Shown piece by piece: positions 1 through 18,871 of a stretch of 64,000 bases of DNA. Numbering within the stretch: position 1 is the stretch's first letter; every line of letters starts with the position of its first letter. A program made the translations under genes and the position numbers. The stretch lies in NCBI RefSeq assembly GCF_009914755.1, contig NC_060943.1, one strand, 5' to 3'. The stretch comes from the human T2T-CHM13v2.0 reference genome, Homo sapiens. Below the pieces are notes generated by a model. That model saw only the letters and a program-made list of their open reading frames with translations, had not been told where the DNA came from and did not search any database.

Positions 1-540
1 GCGTCGAGCTCCTGGGTCCCTGGAGCTGGCCAGCGGGGGACGTGACGTCGAGCTCGTGGGTCCCTGGAGCTGGGTGTTGCCGGCATTGGCCTCCCTGGGG
101 GCTTCCTGGCGCCAGCCCAGCTGGCGGGCAAGCGCTCCCATGGTTCGAACGGGATGGATGCAGAGCAGCTGGGCCCGCAGGAAGCTCGGGCGGGGGCAGG
201 AAGGGGACAGGATGGGGAAAGTGGCAATCCCTGTGGGGGCTGGGACCAAAGGCCTGGAGTTTCCGGCGGGCGGGAGGCCCAGGCTGTGCTCGGGGGCAGC
301 AGGGTCAGGGTGGAGGGAAGTGACGACCAAGATTCCAAACGTCTGCCCTGGCCAGGGAAGGTGCCCAGAGGCGGGAGGCCGGCCGGATCACACGGACCTC
401 GCAGGCCCTTCCCAGACGCTGGGTTCTGACCCCGTGGGGGCCCCTCCCTGCCCAGTTCTGCCCATTTGCTTTGAAGAAAGCACGTTGGGGGTGTTCGGGA
501 TGGACTTCCCTCCTGGGCAGGGCGTGTAAAGGCATGGACA

Positions 541-1776
<1,236 letters not shown>

Positions 1777-2813
1777 CCACTGTGCATCTTAATTCCAGCA
1801 AACATTAAGCACCAGCTGTGTCCCTGGGCTGGACGGGATGTTCAGACCGAGGTGGGGCTGAGACGGGCCTGGCCCTGTCTGCAGAGAGGTGGATGGTCAG
1901 ACACCTGGGCGAAGGCAGTGGGAGTTACTGGCCGTGGGGGCTGGGCACACTGGTGTTCTTTTCACGCGGCCCTAGTGGGCACAGGCTCAGGCCCCTCGAT
2001 GGAGGGTGAAGACCTGGCTTGAGGCCTAGTTTGCTTTCAGAGGCTTCAGCTTCACCCCTCCCCAGGGCAGCCTGCTTCTCAGGTGCTGAAACTGAGCTGC
2101 TCTGGGTCTCCACTACCCACCTTCTGCCTGCTCAGGGGCTCTGCCCAGGCACCTCCTGCAGGAAGCCCTCCAGGCTGACTGTGGGCTCCCAGACACCTCC
2201 TGCAGGAAGCCCTCCAGGCGGCTGTGGGCTGGACCCCTCTTCTGGTTGGAGGGGACACAAGTCTGGCTCTGTGTCCAACCTGTCAGCCTGGGCCCACCTT
2301 GTTAGACTTACGCACTCAGCCCTCGTCTGTCCTGTCCTCAGGCTGAGGCTGAGCTGCCGTGAATGTCGCCCGCCCTTGCCAGACCCCGGGGCTGGGATTT
2401 CATATCCCGGTTTTGTTTTCCTGGATCTGCTTGTCCCGTTATCTCTTCTAATACTTGGAAAGTGACATGGTTTTTCCAGTTTCCCTGGTGAGATAAAGTT
2501 TCCTGTTAAAATGTGCAAATTTGAGCGGGAAAGGAGAGTTCATTTGATACAGACAGTGACATAAACAGCGCAGGCCAGGGGTCAGGGGACACAGGGAGTC
2601 AGCCCTGGTTTGGATCCCGCCTCTGCTACCTGCTGGCCATGTGGCTTTTGCACTCCGTGCCTCAGTTTCCCCCATCATGAAAGAGCACGATGCCTCTTGG
2701 GGCTGCCTGGGAGCCTTAAATTCAGAGAGCTAGGCCGAGTGCGGTGGGTCACGCCTGGAATCCCAGCACTTTGGGAGGATGAGGCGGGCAGATCACCTGA
2801 GGTCGGGAGTTCA

Positions 2814-3014
<201 letters not shown>

Positions 3015-3109
3015 TCAAAAAAAAGACACTGGGGAGCTGTCGTACAGAAGGTGCCCAGAGCCCCACCGGGGATGCAGGAGTCACCCTCACAGGCACACCC
3101 TCTCCCCAG

Positions 3110-3260
3110 GTTGGAGAAGGAAATTGAGGTGCTGGAGCGTGGAGACTCCGCCCCAGCCACTGCCAAGGAGAACGCGGCGGCCCCGAGCCCAGTCCGGGCC
3201 CCAGCCCCGAGTCCAGCCAAGGAGGAGCGCAAGACAGAGGTGGTGATGAATTCACAGCAG
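3110..3260 (+). CDS. PALM: Paralemmin-1 internal coding exon (exon 5 in usual numbering), (R)LEKEIEVLERGDSAPATAKE...VVMNSQQ
   Basis: tctccccAG acceptor ends at 3109 and CAG|GTAAGG donor follows 3260. 151 nt. The peptide matches human paralemmin-1 and continues in frame into the next exon. Confidence 0.96.
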
Positions 3261-3471
3261 GTAAGGGGGTGACTGGGGGGAGCGGATCCCCAGGCACCCA
3301 CTCCCGCTGGCCCCAGAGCGAGGCCCCAGCCCTTCCATGTCAGCGTAGCTGAGGGGACAGGCACAGACTAGAGCCAGGCACTTGATTTCCAGCTCACCGG
3401 AGCCACTTCCCAGCTGTGTGAGCCGGGACACGTGGTTTCGCCTTGCTGGGCCTCGGTTTCCCCATCTGTAA

Positions 3472-3897
<426 letters not shown>

Positions 3898-4049
3898 TAG
3901 TAGAGATGAGGTTTCCCCATGTTGGCCAGGCTGGTCCCAAACTCCTGACCTCAGGTGATCCACCCAACCTCGGCCTCCCAAATTGCTGGGATTACACGCA
4001 TGAGTCACCTTACTTGGCCTGGTTATTTTGTTTCTGTGTTTGTTTTTGA

Positions 4050-4403
<354 letters not shown>

Positions 4404-5088
4404 TAGTGGAGTCGGCTGTTAATTCTGGCATCTGCCATCTAAGCCAGACGATGTTAAAACCAGACCCTTGGCCGGGCTTAGTGGCTCACGCCTGTAATTG
4501 CAGCACTTTGGGAGGCCGAGGCAGGCACATCATTTGAGGTCAGGAGTTCAAGACCAGCCTGACCAACATGATAAAACCCCATATCTACTAAAAATACAAA
4601 AATTAACCAGATGTCGTGGCCGGCACCTGTAATCTCAGCTGCTCGGGAGGCTGAGGCTGAGAATCACTTGTACCCAGGGGGCAGAGGTTGCAGTGAGCTG
4701 AGATCACGCCACTACACTCCAGCCTGGGAGACAGAGCAAGATTCTTTCTAAAAAAAAAAACCTGGTTCTGGGCACAGTCCTGGACCTCACTGAGCTCACG
4801 TCAGGTGGGAAGATGGCGTGTATTGGGGACCACCCAGGGAGGGTGGTCAGGCCGAAGAGGTGGGAAGCCCAGGGCGCTGTGGAATCCCCAAGGAAGTGCC
4901 TCATTCGTGGGAGGGCTGGGCAGGCGACCTGGAGGATGTGGGTTTCGTGGGAGGGCTGGGCAGGCGACCTGGAGGACGTGGGGTGGTTTTTTTGTGTTTT
5001 TTTTTTTGAGACAGAGTTTCACTCTTGTTACCCAGGCTGGAGTGCAATGGCACGATTTCAGCAACCTCTACCTCCTGGGTTCAAGTGA

Positions 5089-5307
<219 letters not shown>

Positions 5308-5882
5308 TAGGAGTTCTCCAGGTGCTTTTCCCTGAAGGTTGTTTGAGCATGGACTAGTGCTGTCATGGGAGACTCAGCAATACACATGCACGGCCCCTGC
5401 CTTCCTGACGGGCACACCCAGTGACGTGATGAGGGAAGAGTGCACTGAGGGAGCATCAGACACCACAGCCCTGAGACAGGAGTGTGTCCCAGAAACAGCA
5501 AGAAGACCAGGGATGCCAGGGCACAGTTCAGGGAGAGGGGCCTGTGTGCAGGGTCTGACCATGCAGGGCAGAACGGGTTCAGACAGGCGACACTAGACCC
5601 TGAGCCTCGCACAGTGGCTCCCAGGAGGCCAAGGGAGGAGGATCGCTTGAGAGCAGGAGTGGACGAGACTGGAGGGGGCACGGAGGAGCCGGCTGGATTC
5701 AGGGTGGCCTGCGGGAGCCGCTGATGCGGGGGTATGTGGGGAGGGAGGGAAGAAATGAGATGGAGCGGACGTGGTGGCTCAGCCTGTAATCCCGGCACTT
5801 TGGGAGGCCGAGGTGGGTGGATCACCTGAGGTCAGGGGATCGAAACCAGCCTGGCCAACATGGAGAAACCCCGTCTCTACTA

Positions 5883-6041
<159 letters not shown>

Positions 6042-6229
6042 TCAATAAAAAGAAAAAAGAAAGATGACCTCTGTGTTTCTGGCCAGAGTCCCAAGAGGAT
6101 AGGATGAGAAGCGGGTGCGTATGACGTCACCCACTGTGCCATGCCCTCCCCAGGCTCCTGACCCCATGGCTCCCCTTCCTCTTCCCGGGGATGCTGACGC
6201 CCCTGACCCTTCTCTCTTCTTTCTTGCAG

Positions 6230-6251
6230 ACGCCGGTGGGCACGCCCAAAG
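6230..6251 (+). CDS. PALM: Paralemmin-1 22-nt microexon (TPVGTPK+G)
   Basis: Long pyrimidine tract ttctctcttctttcttgcAG and AAG|GTAGGA donor. It bridges the phase-0 end of the previous exon to the next exon (G+AC = Asp) and supplies the TPVGTPK peptide of paralemmin. Confidence 0.93.
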
Positions 6252-7159
6252 GTAGGACCTCTGGAAGGAACTCGTGGGGCCTCGGCGCACTCTGGTGGCC
6301 AGAGAGGGGATGGCAGGGCGGGGAGTGAAGCTACAAAGTTGCTCGGTGCCTCACGCCTGTGATCCCAGCACTTTGGGAGGCCGAGGCGGGTAGATCTCCT
6401 GAGGTCAGGAGTTCGAGACCAGCCTGACCAACATGGCGAAACTCAGTGTCTACTGAAAAAATGCAAAGACAATTAGCCGGGTGTGGTGGCTCATGCCTGT
6501 AATCCCAGCACTTTGGGAGGCTGAGGCAGGAGGATCGATCGCTTGAGCCCAGGAGTTCAAGAGCATGCTGGGCAACACAGGGAGACCCTGTCTCTGCCAA
6601 ACATAAAAAAATTAGCCGCCGGCCAGGCCCAGTGGCTCAGACCTGTAACCCCAGCGCTCTGGGAGGCTGAGACAGGTGGATCCCTTGAGGTCAGGAGTTC
6701 AAGACCAGCCTGGCCAACATAGTGAAACCCCGTCTCTACTAAAAATACAAAAATTAGCCGTGTGTGCTGCACGCCTGTAGTCCCAGCTGCTCGGGAGGCT
6801 GAGGTGGGAGGATCACTTGAGCCCAGGAGGTTGAGCTGTGATCGCACCACTGCACCCCAGCCTGGGCGACAGAGCGAGACCCTGTCTGTAAACTGCATTT
6901 CACGGAACGTGTCCGCTTCTGTATCGATAGCGGGACAGCCACCAGCCGGGATTGACGCTGGCGTCTGAAGTGCTTCTGGCCTGGTTTGTTGTGTGTTAAT
7001 TATTCATAAGGAGAGTGTCTTCTTGTCTTACTGTAGAATTAAAAATTAATCATTAAAAAAATCCAGACAGGCCTCTCAGGGATTTTGTGAAAATCACTGG
7101 GCTGAGGATGAGGAATGAACTGTGAGGCTGCCTGTGGGATTTTCTAGGGGTTGCGGTGG

Positions 7160-7970
7160 GGGTCCAGGTGCCTGTGTCTGTGCGGGGCCTGTGTCTGGGG
7201 GCCCAGGTGCCTGTGTCCTGGTGTCTGGGTGGGGTCTGTGTGTCTGGGGGCCCAGGTGCCTGTGTCCTGGTGTCTGGGTGGGGTCTGTGTGTCTGGGGGC
7301 CCAGGTGCCTGTGTTTGGGTGTCTCGGTGGGGTCTGTGTGTCTGGGGGCCCAGGTGCTTGTCTGGATGTCTGGGGGCCCACAGGTGCCTGTGTCCGGGTG
7401 TCTGGGTGGGATCTGTGTGTCTGAGGGCCCAGGTGCCTGTCTGGATGTCTGGGGGCCCAGGTTCCTGTGTCCGGGTGTCTGGATGGGATCCGTGTGTCTG
7501 AGGGCCCAGGTGCCTGTCTGGATGTCTGGGGGCCCAGGTGCCTGTGTCCGGGTGTCTGGGTGGGATCTGTGTGTCTGAGGGCCCAGGTGCCTGTCTGGGT
7601 GTCTGGGGGCCCAGGTTCCTGTGTCTGGGTGTCTGGGTGGGATCCGTGTGTCTGAGGGCCCAGGTGCCTGTCTGGGTGTCTGGGGGCCCAGGTGCCTGTG
7701 TCCGGGTGTCTGGGTGGGATCCGTGTGTCTGAGGGCCCAGGTGCCTGTCTGGGTGTCTGGGGGCCCAGGTTCCTGTGTCTGGGTGTCTGGGTGGGATCCG
7801 TGTGTCTGAGGGCCCAGGTGCCTGTCTGGGTGTCTGGGGGCCCAGGTGCCTGTGTCCGGGTGTCTGGGTGGGATCTGTGTGTCTGAGGGCCCAGGTGCCT
7901 GTCTGGGTGTCTGGGGGCCCAGGTTCCTGTGTCTGGGTGGGGTCTGGGTGTCAAAGGCCCAGGTGCATGT
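7160..7970. repeat. GT-rich minisatellite, 77-bp higher-order unit (49+28), in a PALM intron
   Basis: Repeated gggcccaggtgcctgtgtcc/tgggtgtctgggtgggatc units. Starts of same-family ORFs in the track recur at 154-bp spacing (2 x 77). Confidence 0.93.
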
Positions 7971-8075
7971 GGGAGTCCGGATGCACTTCTGTGAAGGGGC
8001 GTTGGGCTGTCTGGGGGGTCCATGTGACCTCTCCTCTGACCCTCATCTCTCTCTCCGCTTCCACCTCCCGTGCAG

Positions 8076-8135
8076 ACAAGCGAGTCTCCAACACGCCCCT
8101 GAGGACGGTTGACGGCTCCCCCATGATGAAGGCAG
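8076..8135 (+). CDS. PALM: Paralemmin-1 60-nt exon (DKRVSNTPLRTVDGSPMMKA)
   Basis: ccacctcccgtgcAG acceptor and CAG|GTGGGT donor. Phase 1-1. Peptide matches paralemmin. Confidence 0.94.
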
Positions 8136-8467
8136 GTGGGTTGGCCCCCAGGCTCTGGGCCCCAGATCCAGCCGCTGTCAGGGACCAAGTCTCGGTCCGG
8201 GGGGCCGGGTGGGGCGGGGGCGACACCGACCTGCTCTCCGCAGCGTCTGACGGGGCCGTGGTTATGGGGGTGGCAGCTGGACCGAGGCCGAGGCTCCGAG
8301 CCTGGGGTGGGGGCCCCCTCTGCTTTGTTGCCCTGGTCCCACGCCGGCCCACGCTTCCCCGAGAAGACGGGCCCCACGCATGGCGGCTCTAACCGACGCG
8401 ACCTCACGGCTTTCATTCCACCCTAATCTCACGGCTCCCTCCTGGGGCCCGCTGGGGGTGGCGCTCA

Positions 8468-9265
<798 letters not shown>

Positions 9266-9464
9266 TCAGAGCAGGTGGTGCCTGTGGGCCTCTGTGCCAG
9301 TGAGACCAGCCCTGGCAGACACCGAGGCCCAGGTCCCCCGCTGATCCCCGTGGCCACTGACTTTGTGCAGTGCACAACCTGCTCAACAGTGTGGGCAGCT
9401 CTGGACTAGCTGTCTGGGGTGGAGGGCTGAGGCTGTGCAGAGCTATAGAGTTGAAAAACAGTCG

Positions 9465-10299
<835 letters not shown>

Positions 10300-10485
10300 T
10301 TAGCCAGGCGTGGTGGCTCACCCCTGTAATCCCAGCACTTTGGGAGGCCGAGGGGGGCAGATCATGAGGTCAGGAGATCGAGACCATCTTGGCTAACACG
10401 GTGAAACCCTGTCTCTAGTAAAAATACAAAAAATTAGCTGGGCATGGTGGCAGGTGCCTGTAATCCCAGCTGCTCGGGAGCCTTA

Positions 10486-10581
<96 letters not shown>

Positions 10582-11283
10582 TCAAAAAAAAAAAGAGGGA
10601 GGACTGAGCTGCCCCCAACGGGTGGGAAGAGCCAGGGTGGGGGCAGGTGTAGGGGGCAGATTGGGAGTAGTGTTATGGACGTGTGAGAGTGGGGCCCCTG
10701 TGGATAGGGGCTGAGTCCAGGTCAAGGTCCAGGTGGGGATGGGTGTGCGGGAGATTAGAGCCGAGTGCCTGGGCGAGGTCCCCGGCGCAGAGCAGAGTCC
10801 AGGGCCGCAGCCGGGCCTAAGCGTCGAGGTTGGGTGGGAGGAGGGAAACGAGGTGGCTATGGGGGCCGAGGGGCCAGGCGATGGCAGGGCTGCCCACGAT
10901 GGGGACCGATGGCCCCTCAGAAGTGGTGAGGACATGCAGCTATCTGGGGGGTGTGCCAGGCATTGGGAACAGCCTGTGCAAAGGCCCTGAGGCTGGGCCG
11001 CACCTGGGGTGCAGTGTCATGGGTCAGGCCAGTCCTGGCAGCCCTGTTCAGCTCCCGCTGCGGGGCGGGGTCTCAGGGAGGTGCCTGGTGATCCCCAGTG
11101 CTCGTCATCTTCAAGCAGGCCTGGGGGTGGCGGGCAGCCACCAGTCGCTGTTAGGATGCAGGCTCTGTGTGGTTTCTGCAGGAATGATTTTTACAGAGTG
11201 GGGCGAGGTGCTGGCTGTGGAGTTAGGGCCCTGATGAGTAGCAAGTTCGACTATCTCAGGAGGGTTCCTTCATTCTGAGTCTA

Positions 11284-11736
<453 letters not shown>

Positions 11737-12408
11737 CTATTTAAATAATAGGCTGGGCGCGGTGGCTCACGCCTGTAATCCCAGCACTTTGGGAGGCCAA
11801 GGCAGGTGGATCACCTGAGGTCAGGAGTTTGAGACCAGCCTGACCAACATAGAGAAACCCCGTCTCTACTAAAAATACAAAAATTAGCTGGGCGTGGTGG
11901 CGGGCGCCTGTAGTCCCAGCTACGTGGAAGGCTGAGGCAGGAGAATCGCTAGAACCGGGAGGTGAGTCCAGATCACACCACTGTGCTCCAGCCGGGGCGA
12001 CAGAGCAAGGCGGCTCCATCTCAAAAAAATTAAAAAGATCCGGGAACAATGAAGGCTTTCCAGATGGGCTGGGCTGGAACCTGAGCTTGACAGACAATAG
12101 TTTGGTGGCGAAACAGAGGACACAGTGCAGAGTACAGGGACGAGGACCATCTGGGCGGACAGCAGGATGGGCCTCAAATGCCAAGGAGAGGTGTTCAGAC
12201 TGGTCGTCTCCAGGCACTGGGGAGCTATGGAGGGATGTAGAGTTGGGGAGGGCCGCGTCGAGAAGGTGCCCAGGCATCCCCGGCTCCGCCTGCCCCATCG
12301 CTGCTTGGCTCTGCGCTGCTGGCTCCCCCCTCCCTGGCTTGGCCGCAGCCCGGCGGGGGGGTGCGGGGGCGGGCAGGCCGTGGTGTAACCCCGTGACTCT
12401 CGTGCCAG

Positions 12409-12540
12409 CCATGTACTCGGTTGAGATCACTGTGGAGAAGGACAAGGTGACAGGGGAGACCAGGGTGCTGTCCAGCACCACGCTGCTCCCTCGGCAGCCG
12501 CTCCCTCTGGGCATCAAAGTCTACGAGGACGAGACCAAAG
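12409..12540 (+). CDS. PALM: Paralemmin-1 exon 8 ([25 protein letters not shown]...VYEDETK), 132-nt symmetric cassette exon
   Basis: cgtgccAG acceptor and AAG|GTACGA donor. Carries the conserved paralemmin-domain motif. It is frame-preserving (44 codons), consistent with the known exon-8-skipped isoform. Confidence 0.95.
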
Positions 12541-13023
12541 GTACGAGCACCCCGGCCCCTGCCCTCCCTCCACCTGGGCCAGAGCCCCGAACACGTGTGC
12601 TCCCAGCGTGTGGGTCTGGCGTCTGCCCCGGAATCAGGACCCCGATTCGATGTGAAGCAGATGACGCTGTTCAGGCCAGGGCCTCACCCCCTGTGGCCCA
12701 CAGCTGGGCTCAGAGGTCGTTCAGCCCTGGGCTCACTGCCCAATCATTCATCCACTCCAGAAAGCTGCCTGAAAGCTGAGCCGGGCACCAGGTACCCAGC
12801 TGGGCTCTGGAGGGAAATCCGGAGGTAGATTCAGCTTCTGTCCTTGCCGGGTGGCAAACCGGGCCCTTCCATCTGGAGCTCCTAAATAATTCGTTTAAAT
12901 AATTACTGCTAGCCCAAGGGCTCACGCCTTTAGTCCCAGCACTTTGGGAGGCCGAGGGAGGAGGATCGCTTGAGCCCAGAAGTTTGAGACCAGCCTGGGC
13001 AGCATAGCAAGGCTCCGTCTCTA

Positions 13024-13788
<765 letters not shown>

Positions 13789-14229
13789 TTAAGGGCTCCT
13801 CCTAGAGGTCAAGAGGCAAACAGGCTGTGGGAGATGCCAGGGACCCCAGGAGGAGGAGGGAAGCTCCACACTGAAGCCCCACTCTCTCTCTTTCTTTTTC
13901 TTTTTATTTATTTACTTTCTGAAGAAAGAGTTTCACTCTGTCGCCCGGCCCGCAGTGCAGCGATGCCATCACAGCTCACTGCAGCCTCCAGCTCCTGGGC
14001 TCAGGCGATCCTCCTGCCTCGGCCTCCCGAAATGCTGAGACCACAGGCATGAGTCACTGCACCCGGCCTCTTTTTCTTTTATGAGATATAATTCGCAGAC
14101 CATAAAATTCCGCCTTAATGGGAGGCTCATCTGGGCCCGGGACATTGAGGCTGCAATGAGCTATGATGGCACCCCTGCACTCCAGCCTGGGCCACAGACC
14201 AAGACCCTGTCTCAAAAACAAGAAAGAGG

Positions 14230-15180
<951 letters not shown>

Positions 15181-15849
15181 CTGTTCTCAGAGGCAGCTTG
15201 GCCTCTGCGGTGCCCCAGATGCTGTCAGAGGGGTCCCCGCAGCCCAGCTCTGGAGTGGCTTTGGGGTGTGGCGTTGGTGGCATCTCAGCTCTAGCTCTCC
15301 CCAGCTGTGTGGCCCTGGGAAGTCCCCATGCCTCGTCTTCCGGATGAGGTCCTCACCCCCATCACTCCACCCTCCTCAGCCTCACCTGGTCCCTGGGGAT
15401 TCCAGACCTGCCAGGCTGGACACTGGTTGCTTAGCAACGGGCAGGTGATCCGTTTCCATGGCAGCCGAGGGCTCCAATTCCTGTCTTGGGGCAGCGGCCA
15501 GTGGGACACACTGAGTTCAGTTCCGCCTGATCCAGACACACCCCACCCTCTGGGCCTCCAGCCCAAAGTCATTGAGATGCCTTGAAGCATGGACTCCCCT
15601 CCCTGGGGGCTTAGAAACTGAAAGTGGAGAACACTTTCCTTCTGGTCTGTAGCCAGGAACAGGAGCCCTGACCCTTGGCCGAGAGGAGGCGAGTCCCTGG
15701 GACCCCCCTTGCGTCCCTCCCAACTCCCAGCGTGGCCCAGGCAGCCGTGTTTCTAGAAGGAATTTGCAGGGCTGTGAGCTAGGGCTGGTGTTAGATCATA
15801 GCAGGGAGCCGTGGGGTGCTGAAATCCGGTCCTTGGAGAGTCCAACACA

Positions 15850-16655
15850 CCTCAAGAAATGTCAAGTCAGAGACACACAGATAAGGAAATTTGGAAAGAC
15901 TTGAGAAACACATTTAGCAAGATTGATTATATGTATAAAATGCTACCCAGTGGAGAATACACATTCTTTTCAAACACAGAACATTGTCAGAAAGTGACCA
16001 CCGTGGCCCAGGCTGCCAAGGAGGTTTTAGGACTGTTAACAGAGTTTGTATCTTCTGCTCTGTGTTCCTCTCCTCCCTGAAATTTAAAAACACCCTCTAA
16101 ATAAATTGTGGCTTCCTGTGGCAATCAATCAAACTAGGAATTAAAAACTATTTACACTTGAAAATGAATAACATTGGCCGGGCATGGTGGCTCACGCCTG
16201 TAATCCCAGCACTTTGGGAGGCTGAGGCAGGAGGATCACGAGGTCAGGAGATCGAGACCAGCCTGGCTAACAAGGTGAAACCCCATCTCTACTAAAAATA
16301 CAAAAAATTAGCCAGGTGTGGTGGCAGGCGCCTGTAATCCCAGCTAGTCAGGAGGCTGAGGCAGGAGAATGGCGTGAACCCGGGAAGCAGAGCTTGCAGT
16401 GAGCCGAGATGGCACCACTGCACTCCAGCCTGGGCGACAGAGCGAGACTCCATCTCAAAAAAAAAAAAAAATAGAAAGTGAATAACATCATCTAACTCGT
16501 AGGACACAGCCAAAGCAGACCTCAGAGGAAAATGCATAGCCTTTAGGGAAGCTCCTAGAAAACAAAAATAAATGAATGAAACTTTAACTCAAGTTAGAAT
16601 GAATGAAAATTTCAATTTAAGATCAATCAAATACACCCATAGATGGAAAAAATCA
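15850..16655 (+). mobile_element. Degraded L1 ORF2 fragment (AT-rich) interrupted by an Alu
   Basis: agaatacacattcttttcaa and acagccaaagcagacctcagaggaaaatgcatagc resemble L1 ORF2. Confidence 0.6.
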
Positions 16656-17235
<580 letters not shown>

Positions 17236-17874
17236 TCAAAAAGTGAAAGAATCCCTGTAACCTCCAGTTCCCCAGGGTGGGTGGTCCTGTCTTGTAGAAG
17301 AGAAACAGGCCCCGATGCGGGGAAGGAGCAGGGGTTTGGCTCTGTGACCTTGGCCCAGCTGTGTCCCTTCTTTGAACTTTCATTTTTGCTATCTTTACAG
17401 CGGAAATGAATCCCTACTTTTCAGGGTGATCACGTGGGAGCTAGTTGGCTAAAGAATATGGAATTACAGGCCAGGTGCGGTGGCTCACGCCTGTCATCCC
17501 AGCACTTTGGGAGGCTGAGGTGGGCAGATGACTTGAGGTCAGGAGTTTGAGACCAGCCTGGCCAACATAGTGAAACCCCAGCTCTATTAAAAATACAAAA
17601 AATTAGCCAAGCATGTTGGTGCATGCCTGTAATCCCAGCTACTCAGGAGGCTGAGGCAGGAGAATTGCTTGAACTAGGGAGGCGGAGGTTGCGGTGAGCC
17701 GAGACAGTACCACTGCACTCCAGCCTGGGCAGCTCCATCTCAGAAAAAAAAAAAAAAAATCCCAATTCATTCCTTTCCACTCTTTCTTGGTTCCTAATAA
17801 ATGTTTTTGTGCTTATAAATTTTCCTCATTGTCGGCTGGGCCTGGTGGCTCACGCCTGTGATCCCAGCACTTTA

Positions 17875-18188
<314 letters not shown>

Positions 18189-18341
18189 TCAGTTCTGACG
18201 GTGTAATCTAGTTCGTGATTTCCTCTTTAGCCTGGAGGAGGATACAAGCCTTGCCAAGGTTTCCCTCCTGCCTGAGCCAGGTCACTCTCTCTGTCCCTCC
18301 TGCCTGGAGCTGGGTCATTCTCTCTGTCTCTCCTTGTACAG

Positions 18342-18871
18342 TGGTCCATGCTGTGGACGGCACCGCCGAGAACGGGATCCACCCCCTGAGCTCCTCCGAG
18401 GTGGACGAACTCATCCACAAAGCGGACGAGGTCACGCTGAGCGAGGCAGGGTCCACGGCCGGGGCGGCAGAGACCCGGGGGGCTGTGGAGGGGGCAGCCC
18501 GGACCACGCCCTCCCGGCGGGAGATCACCGGTGTGCAGGCACAGCCAGGCGAGGCCACGTCCGGCCCGCCGGGGATCCAGCCCGGCCAGGAGCCCCCGGT
18601 CACAATGATCTTCATGGGTTACCAGAACGTGGAGGATGAGGCCGAGACCAAGAAGGTGCTGGGCCTTCAAGATACCATCACGGCGGAGCTGGTGGTCATC
18701 GAAGACGCGGCTGAGCCCAAGGAGCCTGCACCACCCAACGGCAGTGCTGCCGAGCCTCCCACGGAGGCCGCCTCCAGGGAAGAGAATCAGGCGGGGCCCG
18801 AGGCCACCACCAGCGACCCCCAGGACCTCGACATGAAGAAGCACCGTTGTAAATGCTGCTCCATCATGTGA
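18342..18871 (+). CDS. PALM: Paralemmin-1 last coding exon ending KKHRCKCCSIM* (basic cluster, dual palmitoylation, CaaX prenylation)
   Basis: tctctccttgtacAG acceptor ends at 18341. Translates VVHAVDG...PVTMIFMGYQNVEDEAE...CCSIM with TGA at 18869-18871. Confidence 0.97.

Noticed and set aside
7094-8416. 440-aa minus-strand ORF and overlapping ORFs
   Set aside because: These are translations of the stop-poor minisatellite.
17796-17801. Intronic AATAAA that could truncate PALM before the CaaX exon
   Set aside because: It sits in an AT-rich remnant between Alus, many such hexamers occur in Alu tails, and there is no supporting terminal exon.
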